Shown: piece by piece, positions 29,192 through 39,649 of the stretch | How the letters are laid out: each line of letters begins with the position of its first letter | How positions within the stretch are numbered: position 1 is the first letter of the stretch | Assembly: GCA_016930185.1 (NCBI GenBank) | Contig: JAFGHK010000033.1 | Coordinates: 4,034 to 68,033 of the forward strand | Reading direction: 5' to 3' | DNA from: Dehalococcoidales bacterium | GTDB taxonomy: Bacteria > Chloroflexota > Dehalococcoidia > Dehalococcoidales > RBG-16-60-22 | Length of the DNA: 64,000 bases | Program-made: the position numbers and the translations under genes | Notes under the pieces: model-generated | The model's input: the letters and a program-made list of their open reading frames with translations, nothing else | Told to the model about the DNA's origin: nothing | Database searches by the model: none

Positions 29192-31072
29192 ATGGTCGAA
29201 CAAGTTAGGAAACTGTTAGACAGGAAGCTAAAGAATGTTCAGGAACTGGAGCAGTTCCAGCAGACGATATTGAAAGATAAAGACTCAAGTCAAGTGACTG
29301 TTTCCGTATGCGGCGGCACCGGCTGCCGCGCTTCTGGCGCTCAAGACGTCGTCGATGCCTTTTCCGAAGAAATAGAGAAACGGGAACTACAGGTCAAGAT
29401 AGATTTCAAGGAAACGGGCTGCCACGGCTTCTGCGAAAGAGGCCCGGTGGTAGTCATCGGCCCTAAAAAAATATTCTACCAGCACGTTAAGCCGGAAGAC
29501 GTACCGGAAATTATTTCCGAAACCGTTTTAAACGGTAAGGTTGTCCCGCGCCTGCTATATACAGACCCTGCCACCGAAAAACAAATCACTCACGAATCGG
29601 ATGTTCCTTTCTACGCCAGGCAGATGCGCCTGATCATGGGCACCAACGGAGAGATAGATCCCACGGAAATCGCGCAGTACATTGCTGCTGGAGGCTACTC
29701 CGCACTCGCTAAAGTCTTCCAGCAAATGAACCCGGACAAGATAATCAATGAAATCACTAAGTCCGGCCTGCGGGGAAGAGGCGGCGGAGGTTTCCCTACC
29801 GGCCGCAAATGGCAATCCTGCCGCACCGCCGAGGGAGATACTAAATATGTTATCTGCAATGCCGATGAAGGCGATCCCGGCGCCTACCCGGACCGCAGCA
29901 TCCTGGAAGGAAACCCCCACAGCATCATCGAAGGGATGATTATCGGCGCCTACGCTATCGGCGCGCACCAGGGTATTATCTACGTGCGTAATGAATATCC
30001 TCTGGCGGTTGAGCATGCCAGGACAGCTATCGACCAGGCAACCGATTACGGACTTCTCGGTGAGAATATATTAGGCTCCGGCTTCGATTTCAGGATAACG
30101 ATAAATAAAGGGGGCGGGGCTTTCGTCTGCGGCGAGTCAAGCGCCTTGATAGCATCGCTGGAGGGTAAAGTTGGCGAGCCCAAGGCTAAATACACGCACA
30201 TGTCGGAAAGAGGCCTCTGGGATGAGCCCAGCCTTCTTAATAACGTCAAGACCTGGGCCAACGTGCCCCTGATAATCAATAAGGGCGCTGACTGGTATTC
30301 AAAAATCGGCACCGCCGGCAGCAAGGGAACGATGATATTTTCGCTGGTTGGCAAGATTAATAACTCCGGCCTGGTGGAAGTCCCCATGGGCATTACCTTG
30401 CGGGAGATGATATACGATATCGGTGGAGGCATCCCGGGCGGCAAGAAGTTTAAAGCCGTCCAAACAGGCGGGCCTTCAGGCGGGTGCATCCCGGAAGATT
30501 ACCTTGATACCCCGGTGGACTTCGACGAATTAACTAAACTGGGGTCAATGATGGGTTCCGGCGGCATGATTGTGATGGACGAAGATACCTGCATGGTGGA
30601 TGTCGCCCGTTATTTCATCGATTTCCTCAAGGGGGAATCCTGCGGTAAGTGCACGCCCTGTCGTGAAGGGCTTGCCACGCTTAGCGAGATTTTAAACAGG
30701 ATTACCCACGGCGAGGGCAAAATGGAAGACCTCCAGACTATGGAGGACATCGGGGAAATACTGAAAATAGGCGCTTTATGCGCCCTGGGTCGTACCGCCA
30801 CCAACCCTGTTTCAAGCACACTTAAATATTTCAAAGACGAATATGTAGCGCATATCAAAGACAAGAAATGTCCTGCCGGCGTATGCCGCGAGCTTATCGA
30901 ATATGAAATCGATACTGATAAATGCACCGGCTGCGGTGTCTGCGCGCGGGCCTGCTCCACCGGCGCCATTACCGGAGAAAAGCGCGAGCCTCACGTGATA
31001 AATAAAGGGCTGTGCATAAAATGCGGAGCCTGTTTCGATGTCTGTAAATTCGACGCAGTGGTAAAGCACTAG
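29192..31072 (+). CDS. NuoF/HydB-like NAD(P)H-binding FMN/FeS flavoprotein subunit
   Basis: 626 aa. It has an N-terminal extra 2Fe-2S domain ([15 protein letters not shown]), an FMN/NADH site ([16 protein letters not shown]), the N3 cluster motif [12 protein letters not shown], and a C-terminal 2x[4Fe-4S] region ([22 protein letters not shown]). Confidence 0.9.
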   Translation: MVEQVRKLLDRKLKNVQELEQFQQTILKDKDSSQVTVSVCGGTGCRASGAQDVVDAFSEEIEKRELQVKIDFKETGCHGFCERGPVVVIGPKKIFYQHVKPEDVPEIISETVLNGKVVPRLLYTDPATEKQITHESDVPFYARQMRLIMGTNGEIDPTEIAQYIAAGGYSALAKVFQQMNPDKIINEITKSGLRGRGGGGFPTGRKWQSCRTAEGDTKYVICNADEGDPGAYPDRSILEGNPHSIIEGMIIGAYAIGAHQGIIYVRNEYPLAVEHARTAIDQATDYGLLGENILGSGFDFRITINKGGGAFVCGESSALIASLEGKVGEPKAKYTHMSERGLWDEPSLLNNVKTWANVPLIINKGADWYSKIGTAGSKGTMIFSLVGKINNSGLVEVPMGITLREMIYDIGGGIPGGKKFKAVQTGGPSGGCIPEDYLDTPVDFDELTKLGSMMGSGGMIVMDEDTCMVDVARYFIDFLKGESCGKCTPCREGLATLSEILNRITHGEGKMEDLQTMEDIGEILKIGALCALGRTATNPVSSTLKYFKDEYVAHIKDKKCPAGVCRELIEYEIDTDKCTGCGVCARACSTGAITGEKREPHVINKGLCIKCGACFDVCKFDAVVKH

Positions 31073-31092
31073 AAAACTAAAGGAGAAGTAAA

Positions 31093-31809
31093 ATGACCAA
31101 GTACTGGATAAACGGCGAAACTGCTATTGAAATGAACGATGCGGAAGATGTAAATACAGTGCACTTCACCGTCGATGATAAAGACGTCCTGGTATCCGCC
31201 GGGCAGACTATCTATGAATCCCTGCGGCACATGGACGGCATCGGGGTAATTCCGGCTCTCTGTTACCATCCCGCCGTCCGACCTTACGGAGCGTGCCGCT
31301 TATGTACCGTGGAGGTCAGCGAGGACCAGGGTAAATCCTTCAAGTTCGTAGCTTCCTGTTTATACCCGGCGAAGAACGGCCAGATTATCAAGACCAACAC
31401 CGAGAAGATAAGAAAACTCCGCAAGGGAATCATTGAGTTTCTGCTGGCAAGATGTCCTGACGTCAAAGTCATCCAGGAACTGGCTAAGGAATACGGCGTG
31501 GAAAAGCCCAGATTTTCACTTGGCAATAATGAGTGTATTCTATGCGGTTTGTGTGTGAGAATATGTCAGGAAAATATGGGAAAATCAGCTATCAGCCTAG
31601 TTAACCGTGGTATTTATAAAGAAGTCGCCGCTCCTTTTTATGCTTATGAGCTGGGTTCCGAATGCATCGGCTGTGGTGACTGTGCCTTCGTTTGCCCCAC
31701 TGGCGCCATTACCATTGGACCGGACGGCAAGCCGATTTTGCCCAAGGTGAAAATCCCTCAAGCTGAAGTGGAAGCTATGATGTCTGAAGAGAAGCTCTCC
31801 AAGTCCTGA
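31093..31809 (+). CDS. 2Fe-2S plus 2x[4Fe-4S] ferredoxin-like subunit (N-terminal NuoG/HydA-like module without a catalytic domain)
   Basis: 238 aa with CYHP..CRLC (plant-type 2Fe-2S), CILCGLCVRIC and CIGCGDCAFVCP. There is no H-cluster or molybdopterin domain. Confidence 0.8.
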   Translation: MTKYWINGETAIEMNDAEDVNTVHFTVDDKDVLVSAGQTIYESLRHMDGIGVIPALCYHPAVRPYGACRLCTVEVSEDQGKSFKFVASCLYPAKNGQIIKTNTEKIRKLRKGIIEFLLARCPDVKVIQELAKEYGVEKPRFSLGNNECILCGLCVRICQENMGKSAISLVNRGIYKEVAAPFYAYELGSECIGCGDCAFVCPTGAITIGPDGKPILPKVKIPQAEVEAMMSEEKLSKS

Positions 31810-32084
31810 CGATACAGCTGTTAAATTTACACTTGAATTTATCATGGCTTGCACACATAGAGTACCCAACCGCTAATCTATTTGATTATCCGGTCTGTTA
31901 TATCCGCTTGAATTTTATGGTTCTCCCACAATAGGCCCTGTCATGAGCCATTTCCTTATCGCTTTGTCCTTTTAATCCTATGTTACTCATAATATTGTAA
32001 TTTTCCTTCGTTTGACTTACAAATTTATATTGGGTTATCATGAAACACACCGGAGAACAGGAAAAAGTGTTTAAGGGATAATTC

Positions 32085-33257
32085 ATGTTGAAATCATTAA
32101 AATGGTTCGCCCTACTCTTAGTATTGCTTCTTTTCGTAACGTCGTGCGGAGGAGCCGTCAATGAATCAACTACGCAGGCAACGCCCACACAGACAACACC
32201 TCCACAAACACCAACAACATCAACGGCAGTCACACCAACAAATGGTGTTGGAGATGAACCTACTGAAGAACCATCTGATTCAGAACCGCTAATTACGTTT
32301 AAGGCGGCGGGGGTTGGGTCACACAACTATTTTACCTTCGAGATTGTAAATAACAGATTGTTATATCAGGCAATCAGGTACGATTACTACCCATTGGACA
32401 GCGACTCTATCAATAATATCAGGCCGGGTAACTATATCGCTTATGTCGGTCAGCTCTTTAATACGAGTAACGACTGCTTCATGGTTTATGTTTCCAACGG
32501 CAAGCTTTACTATAAGGTAATCGACCCCTATGCCATTCCTGGACCCGAGCCGGTAGACAGCATGGGCGCAGTCCACGAGGGAATACTCGAAGGCTATGCG
32601 ACGTCTATTACCATGAACTACGTAAGGTTCACCGACCGGGAGGAATATGGTGTACGGGTGAACTGGACGGATAATTACGGAAAAGGCCATTATGCGGTAA
32701 TCGACCAGTGGGAAGGGATTACCGAACAGGGCTCCTCGGTAGCCGACGACCGACCCCAGTTAGTTGACCCTATCGCTCAAGGCCGGGTAGTGCGCCCAGC
32801 CGAATACCTAGAAGACTGGAAACAAACACAAGAGTCGGCAGCGCCGGGCGTTGTCGTTAACTGGGTAAAGGAAGACGAAAATCATCTCGAGCTGAAGTTT
32901 GATAGCGATGGAGGTACTGTTACCGGTTCGTACTGGTGGCGACATTCTATGGACTTCATGTACCCATATGCAGAAGCCGGCTGGCCTACCACGACTATTA
33001 TCATGACTCAAATTGGCGACTTAACCGGTACTTACTCAGGAGGCGAAACAGGCCACTTCGAAGGTTACGTCACTGGGACCAGAACCGGAGCCTTTAATGG
33101 CGTCATCACCGAAAAAGCCAACGGTATTATTGAGGGCACCTGGACGGCGGAGATGGATGCCGCTGGGCATATTACAGGAGTGATGCACTACATGGTTATC
33201 TGTACCGAAGAAACCTATGAAGATTGGCTGGATTTCGAGGCCACACTGTTAGAATAA
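32085..33257 (+). CDS. hypothetical lipoprotein with a Thr/Pro-rich linker
   Basis: 390 aa with the lipobox LLFVTSCGG followed by TQATPTQTTPPQTPTTSTAVTPT. I recognise no domain. Confidence 0.5.
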   Translation: MLKSLKWFALLLVLLLFVTSCGGAVNESTTQATPTQTTPPQTPTTSTAVTPTNGVGDEPTEEPSDSEPLITFKAAGVGSHNYFTFEIVNNRLLYQAIRYDYYPLDSDSINNIRPGNYIAYVGQLFNTSNDCFMVYVSNGKLYYKVIDPYAIPGPEPVDSMGAVHEGILEGYATSITMNYVRFTDREEYGVRVNWTDNYGKGHYAVIDQWEGITEQGSSVADDRPQLVDPIAQGRVVRPAEYLEDWKQTQESAAPGVVVNWVKEDENHLELKFDSDGGTVTGSYWWRHSMDFMYPYAEAGWPTTTIIMTQIGDLTGTYSGGETGHFEGYVTGTRTGAFNGVITEKANGIIEGTWTAEMDAAGHITGVMHYMVICTEETYEDWLDFEATLLE

Positions 33258-33585
33258 TAATTTCCAAAGTATTTAGTGCATTGCGTATATCTATACGACA
33301 TTCCTGTTCTTTTTTACAACTTTTCAGGGAACAACCAGCATAATGCGCACCTCTGTTTGACACTTTTACGCTTTTCTGGTATTTTATAGACTAGAGATTT
33401 GTTTATATAACAATATTAATATTTATATAAATCATTATGCGAGTTTAACTTTGTTCTTTCTTTCAAGAGTCGTATGCGGTAAGTCCTTCACCTTAACTAA
33501 AAACTCTTTGTATGAATCAGTAAGGCTCGCGGCCGATTCTTCCACTTACCGGACATGGGAAAGGGCATAAGAAGGAGTTTTTAAG

Positions 33586-34347
33586 ATGAGATGGGGTATG
33601 GTCATCAACCTGAAAAAATGCACTCGCTGCCACGCATGCATCGCTGCTTGCCGAATTGAACACTTTCTACCTATGGGCATGAACTGGCCACGCCTGATTG
33701 CCTGGGAAACCGATGTCCCCGGCGAAGAACTCACGACCATCCCCGTTCGCTGCAATCAATGCAAGGATGCCCCCTGTGTCGAGGTGTGCCCTGCCGAGGC
33801 TACCAAGAAACGCGAGGACGGCATTGTGTATGTCGATAATGATATTTGTGTCGGCTGCCGCTACTGTATTATCGCCTGCCCTTACCAGAACCGCACCTTC
33901 TTATCCCGCGATAAAGACCCCGGTTACTTCCCGGGTTATGAGCGGACGCGCTTTGAGAAGGCCGGCCGTAAGATTTATCCGCATGTTGTCGGGACGACCG
34001 AAAAATGTGATTTCTGCATGGAAAGAATCGATGCCGGTCTGGCAAAAGGGTTGGTCCCGGGCAAGGACCGTGAGGCTACACCGGCCTGCGTAAACACCTG
34101 CCAGTCGAGGGCACTAACCTTCGGCGATCTTGACGACCCGGAATCGGAAGTGTCAAAACTGATTAAAGAGCAAAACGCTTTTCAGCTTCATCCCGAGTAC
34201 GGCACCGACCCCGCCGTATATTATATCGATGGTAAAATAGGCAATGCGCCTTCTAATATCGCCCCCCGGGAGGAACAGACCGCTTCGCACATACAACACC
34301 TAAGCACAATGGAGGAACGGGCGAAACAGATCTTCGGTAAAAAATAA
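33586..34347 (+). CDS. 4Fe-4S ferredoxin-type electron-transfer subunit (DmsB/PsrB-like) of a complex iron-sulfur molybdoenzyme
   Basis: 253 aa with four Cys clusters (CTRCHACIAAC, CNQCKDAPCVEVCP, CVGCRYCIIACP, CDFC..CVNTC). No signal peptide is present. Confidence 0.85.
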   Translation: MRWGMVINLKKCTRCHACIAACRIEHFLPMGMNWPRLIAWETDVPGEELTTIPVRCNQCKDAPCVEVCPAEATKKREDGIVYVDNDICVGCRYCIIACPYQNRTFLSRDKDPGYFPGYERTRFEKAGRKIYPHVVGTTEKCDFCMERIDAGLAKGLVPGKDREATPACVNTCQSRALTFGDLDDPESEVSKLIKEQNAFQLHPEYGTDPAVYYIDGKIGNAPSNIAPREEQTASHIQHLSTMEERAKQIFGKK

Positions 34348-34359
34348 GGAGGGCTTACA

Positions 34360-35304
34360 ATGTCCCAAATGGCAACTCGCCAGTGGATGACCACCCATGA
34401 GTGGATGGTAAAACCCATGCACCAGAGAGAGTGGATTGAAAGACGCGGTATCATGATATGGATTGCCGAGACCTTTACCAGCTTGGGCGCAGGTTTATAC
34501 CTTGTCTCGCTGTTTATCAACAGCTGGTGGGGCCTACTCGTGGGGTGGTTGATTATCATGTTCCTTAAACTCCCCCTCCATATTGCCTACTTCGGCAAGC
34601 CCTTGCGGTTCTATCGCACGTTACCGCCTTTTTCAAATGCCTGGAAAACATCCTGGTTCGCCCGGGGCATCCTGTTTTCCGTCTTTTTCGGCACTTTCGG
34701 CTTTGTTCAACTTGTCTTTGGCCAGCCTGACCTCGCCAATCTAATCGGGAATTCGATAGCTAATCCCATTTATTATACCTTCGGTGTGCTGGCCGGTATT
34801 AGCGCCGTAGGCGTAGGCATCTATGGCGGATTCATCATGAACTATGTTAAAGGGATTCCGTTCTGGAACCAGGGACTTCTGCCTGTAGTGTTCATACTAG
34901 CCGGAGTTGCCGACGGATTCGGCCTGGCGATGGCTGTCGGCTTGGCAGGCGGCGATGCTAGCGTGTCGTGGGCAGAAACTGGCAGCAGCTATCTGCTGAT
35001 TATCAATGTGCTATTGATAATAGTCTATCTTATCAGTGCCCGATATACCTCTGAAGTGGCTAAAATATCAGTTAAAGAGCTTCTCACCGGCCCGTCAGCC
35101 TTTATGTTCTGGGGGGGACTGGTAACGCTCGGGATGGTTGTACCTGCGGCGATTTCAGTGGTTAGTCTTTTCAGCGGAGAGATCCCCACCGTGCTGCTGA
35201 TAATCGCCATCGTTGCGCATACATTGGGAGCCTTTGCCCTTAAATACTGCCTTTTGAAAGAAGGAATTTACCGGCCTCTATTACCGAGAGTTGCCGCATA
35301 TTAA
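34360..35304 (+). CDS. NrfD/PsrC-like polytopic membrane anchor subunit
   Basis: 314 aa and about 8 TM helices. It sits between the FeS and molybdopterin subunit genes, and its size and hydropathy are typical of the NrfD family. Confidence 0.7.
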   Translation: MSQMATRQWMTTHEWMVKPMHQREWIERRGIMIWIAETFTSLGAGLYLVSLFINSWWGLLVGWLIIMFLKLPLHIAYFGKPLRFYRTLPPFSNAWKTSWFARGILFSVFFGTFGFVQLVFGQPDLANLIGNSIANPIYYTFGVLAGISAVGVGIYGGFIMNYVKGIPFWNQGLLPVVFILAGVADGFGLAMAVGLAGGDASVSWAETGSSYLLIINVLLIIVYLISARYTSEVAKISVKELLTGPSAFMFWGGLVTLGMVVPAAISVVSLFSGEIPTVLLIIAIVAHTLGAFALKYCLLKEGIYRPLLPRVAAY

Positions 35305-35363
35305 GACCATTAACGTTAATAAAAATATAGGTATCATATTTGATATGCAGTCTGGAGTTATAA

Positions 35364-37562
35364 ATGGCTGAAAAGAAAATTATAAAAACCACCTGTAAGA
35401 GTTGCCACGGTGGCTGCGGGGTTTTGGTTGAAGTCACCGACGGTGTAATCACACACATAGAAGGGAACCCGGAATCCGCCACCCGCGGCACGATGTGCGC
35501 TAAGGGCTTGTCCAGTATCCAGCACATCGATAACCCCTACCGTATTACCCACCCTTACAAGAGGACCGGCGAGAAGGGCGAAGGTAAGTGGAAACAGATA
35601 AGCTGGGACGAAGCGCTGGACACGATTGCCGCTAAAATCAAAGAGGCCTCCGAAAAATACGGCCCCTGGACGGTAGCTACCTCACAGGGGACTGGCCGGG
35701 GCTATAACCGCTATGTCCACCGCTTTTCCCGCTCGATGGGCTCCGCCAATGTTATTTCACCGGGCTACATTTGCCACAGTCCCCGCATAGGCCTTTATGG
35801 CCTGATTACCGGCTACGGTCGGCTTTACTGCGATTATCATGGGTGGGGCGGTGTATTCCCCAAAACGCAGATATCCTGGGCCAAGCAGCTTGAAATCAGC
35901 AGCGCAGACTCCGAGATGGCCTACTGGTATACAAAATCGCTGGACTACTGTAAAAATCTTATAATAGTAGACCCACGAGCGACCGCATTTACGTCACGAG
36001 CTACACTTTGGCTACAAATCCGTCCCGGCACGGATGCCGCTCTCGCCCTGGGCATGATTAACATCATAATTCAGGAAGGCCTTTGGGATAAAGAATTCGT
36101 AGAAAATTGGACCTACGGTTTTGAGGAACTTAAAAACCGTGCGGCGGAGTACCCGGTTGATAAAGTCTCGGAAATAACCTGGATACCCAAGGAAAAAATA
36201 ATTCAGGCAGCTCGCCTGTTCGCCCAGGACACCCCGGGTGTTATTCAAATCGGCAGCTCTTTAGAGCGGCAGGCTAACTGCGGCCAAACCATACGCGCTA
36301 TTATCAACCTGCTCGGCATCACCGGCAATATAGAAAGACCCGGCAGTATGATAAGCTGGGTACTGCCAGAGACCGGCCTGATTGAAGATGTTTTCAATGA
36401 AATCCCCCTTACCGATGAAATGAGGTCGCACATCTACGGCGGCGATAAATTTAAAATGGGTGCGGCGCGTACCTGTAATCCAGACACCATTATCAGAGAG
36501 TTAAATAAGGGAGAAAAGCCTATCCGCGTCTGGATAAGCGTCGGCGGCCAGCAGATTGTACACCTGGCCAGCACCCAGCAAGTCGTAGAAGGTCTAAAAA
36601 ATCTAGATTTTCTGGTGCAGGTCGACCAGTTCTGGGGCCCGATGGCTGAAATGGCGGATATAGTCCTGCCTTCCGCACACTGGCTGGAGTTAGACGATAT
36701 TTACGATATGCACCCTCGTTTCATGATAGAAGCGCATAATAAGTGCGTAGAACCGCCGGGCGAAGCCATGTCCGACGCCTGGATTTTTAATGAAATCGGG
36801 CGGCGCGTTGTACCCGAATACTGGTTTAAAGACGTCGAGACCTTGCTCGATCATGAGCTAAGAAAAGCGCCTATCACCTGGAAGAAGTTCAGTGAGCGAA
36901 CCGTTTCCGGCTGCTTTGGCCCGGACCAGAAATATTATAAATATAAGACCGACTACTGGCGCAAGGGGGGAGGCTTCCCCACGCCCACCGGCAAGATGGA
37001 GCTTTATTCGACAGTGCTGGAAAACCTGGGCTATGACCCGCTGCCTTTCTTTAAAGAGCCTGGCGAGAGTCCCTATTCAACACCGGAACTAGCCAAGGAA
37101 TACCCATTGGTGCTGACCACCGGGTTCCGTTCACCGTTCTATTTCCTAGCACAATACCGCAACATCCCCTGGCTGCGTACCTTTATGGAATATCCCACGA
37201 TGCAGATTAATCCTAAAACCGCCAAAGAGCTGGGTATTGAAGACGGCGATTTCGTATGGTTAGAGTCTCCGCGCGGTAAAATTATACAGAAAGCCAGGCT
37301 GTTCCCGGGTATCGACCCGCGAGTCGTGGCGGCCACTGCCAACTGGTTCTATCCTGAAGCGCCGGCACAGGGTTACCGCGGCGTGTTTATTTCCAACCCC
37401 AATATTCTTACTAATGCCAATTACCAGGACCCCATGTACGGTTCACCGGACCTGACGTGCCTGATATGCAAGGTATATAAATGCAAACCGGAGGAACTGA
37501 AAGACCCGAAATATTCGGATATCTTCATCAAGGAACATGGGGGCAAGCCGTGGGCATGGTAG
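35364..37562 (+). CDS. molybdopterin (bis-MGD) oxidoreductase catalytic subunit, no Tat signal
   Basis: 732 aa. The N-terminal [4Fe-4S] motif is CKSCHGGCGVLVEV..GTMCAKG. The molybdopterin oxidoreductase body and the C-terminal MopB_CT-like barrel (..VWLESPRGKIIQKARLFPGIDPRVV) are present. There is no RR-motif leader. Confidence 0.85.
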   Translation: MAEKKIIKTTCKSCHGGCGVLVEVTDGVITHIEGNPESATRGTMCAKGLSSIQHIDNPYRITHPYKRTGEKGEGKWKQISWDEALDTIAAKIKEASEKYGPWTVATSQGTGRGYNRYVHRFSRSMGSANVISPGYICHSPRIGLYGLITGYGRLYCDYHGWGGVFPKTQISWAKQLEISSADSEMAYWYTKSLDYCKNLIIVDPRATAFTSRATLWLQIRPGTDAALALGMINIIIQEGLWDKEFVENWTYGFEELKNRAAEYPVDKVSEITWIPKEKIIQAARLFAQDTPGVIQIGSSLERQANCGQTIRAIINLLGITGNIERPGSMISWVLPETGLIEDVFNEIPLTDEMRSHIYGGDKFKMGAARTCNPDTIIRELNKGEKPIRVWISVGGQQIVHLASTQQVVEGLKNLDFLVQVDQFWGPMAEMADIVLPSAHWLELDDIYDMHPRFMIEAHNKCVEPPGEAMSDAWIFNEIGRRVVPEYWFKDVETLLDHELRKAPITWKKFSERTVSGCFGPDQKYYKYKTDYWRKGGGFPTPTGKMELYSTVLENLGYDPLPFFKEPGESPYSTPELAKEYPLVLTTGFRSPFYFLAQYRNIPWLRTFMEYPTMQINPKTAKELGIEDGDFVWLESPRGKIIQKARLFPGIDPRVVAATANWFYPEAPAQGYRGVFISNPNILTNANYQDPMYGSPDLTCLICKVYKCKPEELKDPKYSDIFIKEHGGKPWAW

Positions 37563-38671
37563 ACAATTCCGAAATCATCTTCGATAGCACGAAGATGAAA
37601 AATATAGGCGGGCCTAAGAAAAAAGCCTTGCCCCGCTACTACTTTCCGCTCATAATCGGCATCATTATCGCCGAAGCGGTTATCCTGGGTTTTGTACTCT
37701 TCGACATTTTTCCACTCACGCATGATTTTGTAGTTCATTCCTATTCACAGCACGCTTCTTATGTTGAGGCTTCCGATGTCACACAAATATCGGTAACTAT
37801 CACCAGGTGGTTTTTCTTCCTGCTGACCGCAGGCGTCCTCATCCCCACGACCCTGATTATTATCATGGAGGTTACCCGCCGTGTAATAATAGCCCGCAAA
37901 GGTAAAGCCAGCGCCTGGGACGATGAATACTCCTGGCTGGATAAACTCGACCGTACACCAAAGACTCCAGCTGATGCAAAAACCCGCGTGGAAGGCGACT
38001 ACATCCGGCGCTTCGATACCCACCAGCGTATCCAGCATTTCGCTTTGATGGTCTCATTTATCGTACTGGCGATAACCGGTTTCTTAAGGGGCTTTCCGGA
38101 CTGGCCGACTTTTCAGTGGTTTACCAGCATCTTCGGCGGCACCGAGGTATTGCGTCTCATCCATGATATCGCCGCCTTTGTCATGATTGCCGACGGTATC
38201 TATCACCTCGGGTATATAGCCTATGGGTATTTCGTGAAACATAAGTCTCCGGTAGCAATGTTCCCAAGCTGGAAAGACCTCAAAGATATCATCCATACTT
38301 TTCTCTGGATATTAGGCATGCACCGGCACGAACCGCAGTACGACCGTTTCCAATACGGCCAGAAGATAGATTACTGGGCGATATTCTGGGGCATGCCGGT
38401 AATGGTAATAACGGGCATAATCATGATGTTCCCCTCCGTTTTCGGCCAGATGGACGGCCAGTGGTTCGCCGTGGTTGCCGCCGCCCACCGCGATGAAGCG
38501 GTCCTCGCCGTTGGATTTATTCTCATCGTGCATATGTATTACGGCCACCTGCAAAAGAGCGCCTTTCCCTTTAATACGGTCATATTCACCGGCAGGATGC
38601 TGAAATCAAAATATAAAGAATGGTTTGGTCGGGAATACGCGCAGATAACTGGCGAAAAAGACCGGGAATAA
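37556..38671 (+). CDS. membrane di-haem cytochrome b-like subunit (FdnI/PhsC-like) with an N-terminal TM extension
   Basis: I prefer the ATG at 37556, which overlaps the upstream TAG (ATGGTAG). The C-terminal ~220 aa read THQRIQHFALMVSFIVLAITGF..IHDIAAFVMIADGIYHLGY..VGFILIVHMYYGHL and carry conserved His in TM helices as in cytochrome b subunits. Confidence 0.65.
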   Translation: MVDNSEIIFDSTKMKNIGGPKKKALPRYYFPLIIGIIIAEAVILGFVLFDIFPLTHDFVVHSYSQHASYVEASDVTQISVTITRWFFFLLTAGVLIPTTLIIIMEVTRRVIIARKGKASAWDDEYSWLDKLDRTPKTPADAKTRVEGDYIRRFDTHQRIQHFALMVSFIVLAITGFLRGFPDWPTFQWFTSIFGGTEVLRLIHDIAAFVMIADGIYHLGYIAYGYFVKHKSPVAMFPSWKDLKDIIHTFLWILGMHRHEPQYDRFQYGQKIDYWAIFWGMPVMVITGIIMMFPSVFGQMDGQWFAVVAAAHRDEAVLAVGFILIVHMYYGHLQKSAFPFNTVIFTGRMLKSKYKEWFGREYAQITGEKDRE

Positions 38672-38704
38672 CTATACTTAATTCATATAACAAGGCAGGT
38701 AAAA

Positions 38705-39640
38705 ATGGCTGGCATCATGCAGCGCTGGATGGGGCAGGGGAACGAGGTGAAATCAAGCTATACCGCCGGCGACCGGCTGGCTGGAGCGCTCGATATTACC
38801 CGGCCTGTCCTTTCGGGGATGGGAGCGCTTGGCGTTGCCGGCGCCGCTGCCCTCGCTAACGGGGGATTTCCTTCCTGGAGTCAGGCGGTTCCAGGTGTTA
38901 TCACCGCCCTGCTGGCTTTTGCCGGCATTCATGCCTTTAACGACTTCGTGGACCAGCGCCGTGACGTGGTCTGCTGGCCTGGCCGGCCGATACCGAGCCA
39001 GCGATTGGCACCGCGCCAGGCTTTACTGCTGACTCTCGCGTCTTTTGCTGCTGCTCTGGTTATCGTGTGGTTCGTTTTTAATCCCACCTGCTTTGTTGTC
39101 TCGGTAGTTGCCATCGCCTTAAGCTGTCTCTATTCAGGTTATCTAAGGGACAGGGTCGGCTATCTTATCCTCCCCCCTATTGAGGCGATGCTCTGGCTCT
39201 GCGGCTGGACGGCCTTCTCGCCGAATACACTGTTTACCTCCTGGGAACCGTGGGCATTGTGGCTGTTCTCGGTAACCTGGCAGGCCGGGCACATCATGGT
39301 TTATTCTCCTCTGCACCCCATACAGCACGTCAAGGGTGCAAAACTAACTCAAGTGCCGGCTTTCATTAAAAGGACGTCTCCGAAAGCGGCAACCGTTTTG
39401 GGTTTTATCTTTTTATGTATGGCTGCCGGGGTAGGCATCTACCTGGGCTTCCTGTTCAACCTGGGTCTGCTTTACCTGATACCGACGGGCATGATGGCTT
39501 TGCTTGCGCTGGTAATCAGCTTTAACTTTATGCAGGACTCCGAGAATTTCAACAAGGGGATTAAAGCTTTTTCTTTCGCAACCTATTTCATGCTTGTTGC
39601 CCGTATTTTAATCCTGCTAAGCGTTTTCTTATTATATTAG
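38705..39640 (+). CDS. UbiA-family aromatic prenyltransferase
   Basis: 311 aa and about 8-9 TM helices, with the first Asp-rich motif HAFNDFVDQRRD (NDxxDxxxD). Confidence 0.8.
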   Translation: MAGIMQRWMGQGNEVKSSYTAGDRLAGALDITRPVLSGMGALGVAGAAALANGGFPSWSQAVPGVITALLAFAGIHAFNDFVDQRRDVVCWPGRPIPSQRLAPRQALLLTLASFAAALVIVWFVFNPTCFVVSVVAIALSCLYSGYLRDRVGYLILPPIEAMLWLCGWTAFSPNTLFTSWEPWALWLFSVTWQAGHIMVYSPLHPIQHVKGAKLTQVPAFIKRTSPKAATVLGFIFLCMAAGVGIYLGFLFNLGLLYLIPTGMMALLALVISFNFMQDSENFNKGIKAFSFATYFMLVARILILLSVFLLY

Positions 39641-39649
39641 GAGATTTTT

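Noticed and set aside
33258-33585. Moco riboswitch upstream of the molybdoenzyme operon (and likewise upstream of moeA at 5206-5284).
   Set aside because: I could not match the conserved Moco-motif helices or loops by eye. An Infernal scan with the Rfam Moco model would be needed, so no claim is made.
37481-37555. Upstream start (37481) for the cytochrome b-like gene, which would overlap the Mo subunit by 82 nt.
   Set aside because: The ATG at 37556 overlaps the upstream stop in a classic ATGGTAG coupling arrangement. The 25 extra codons lie wholly inside the Mo subunit gene.
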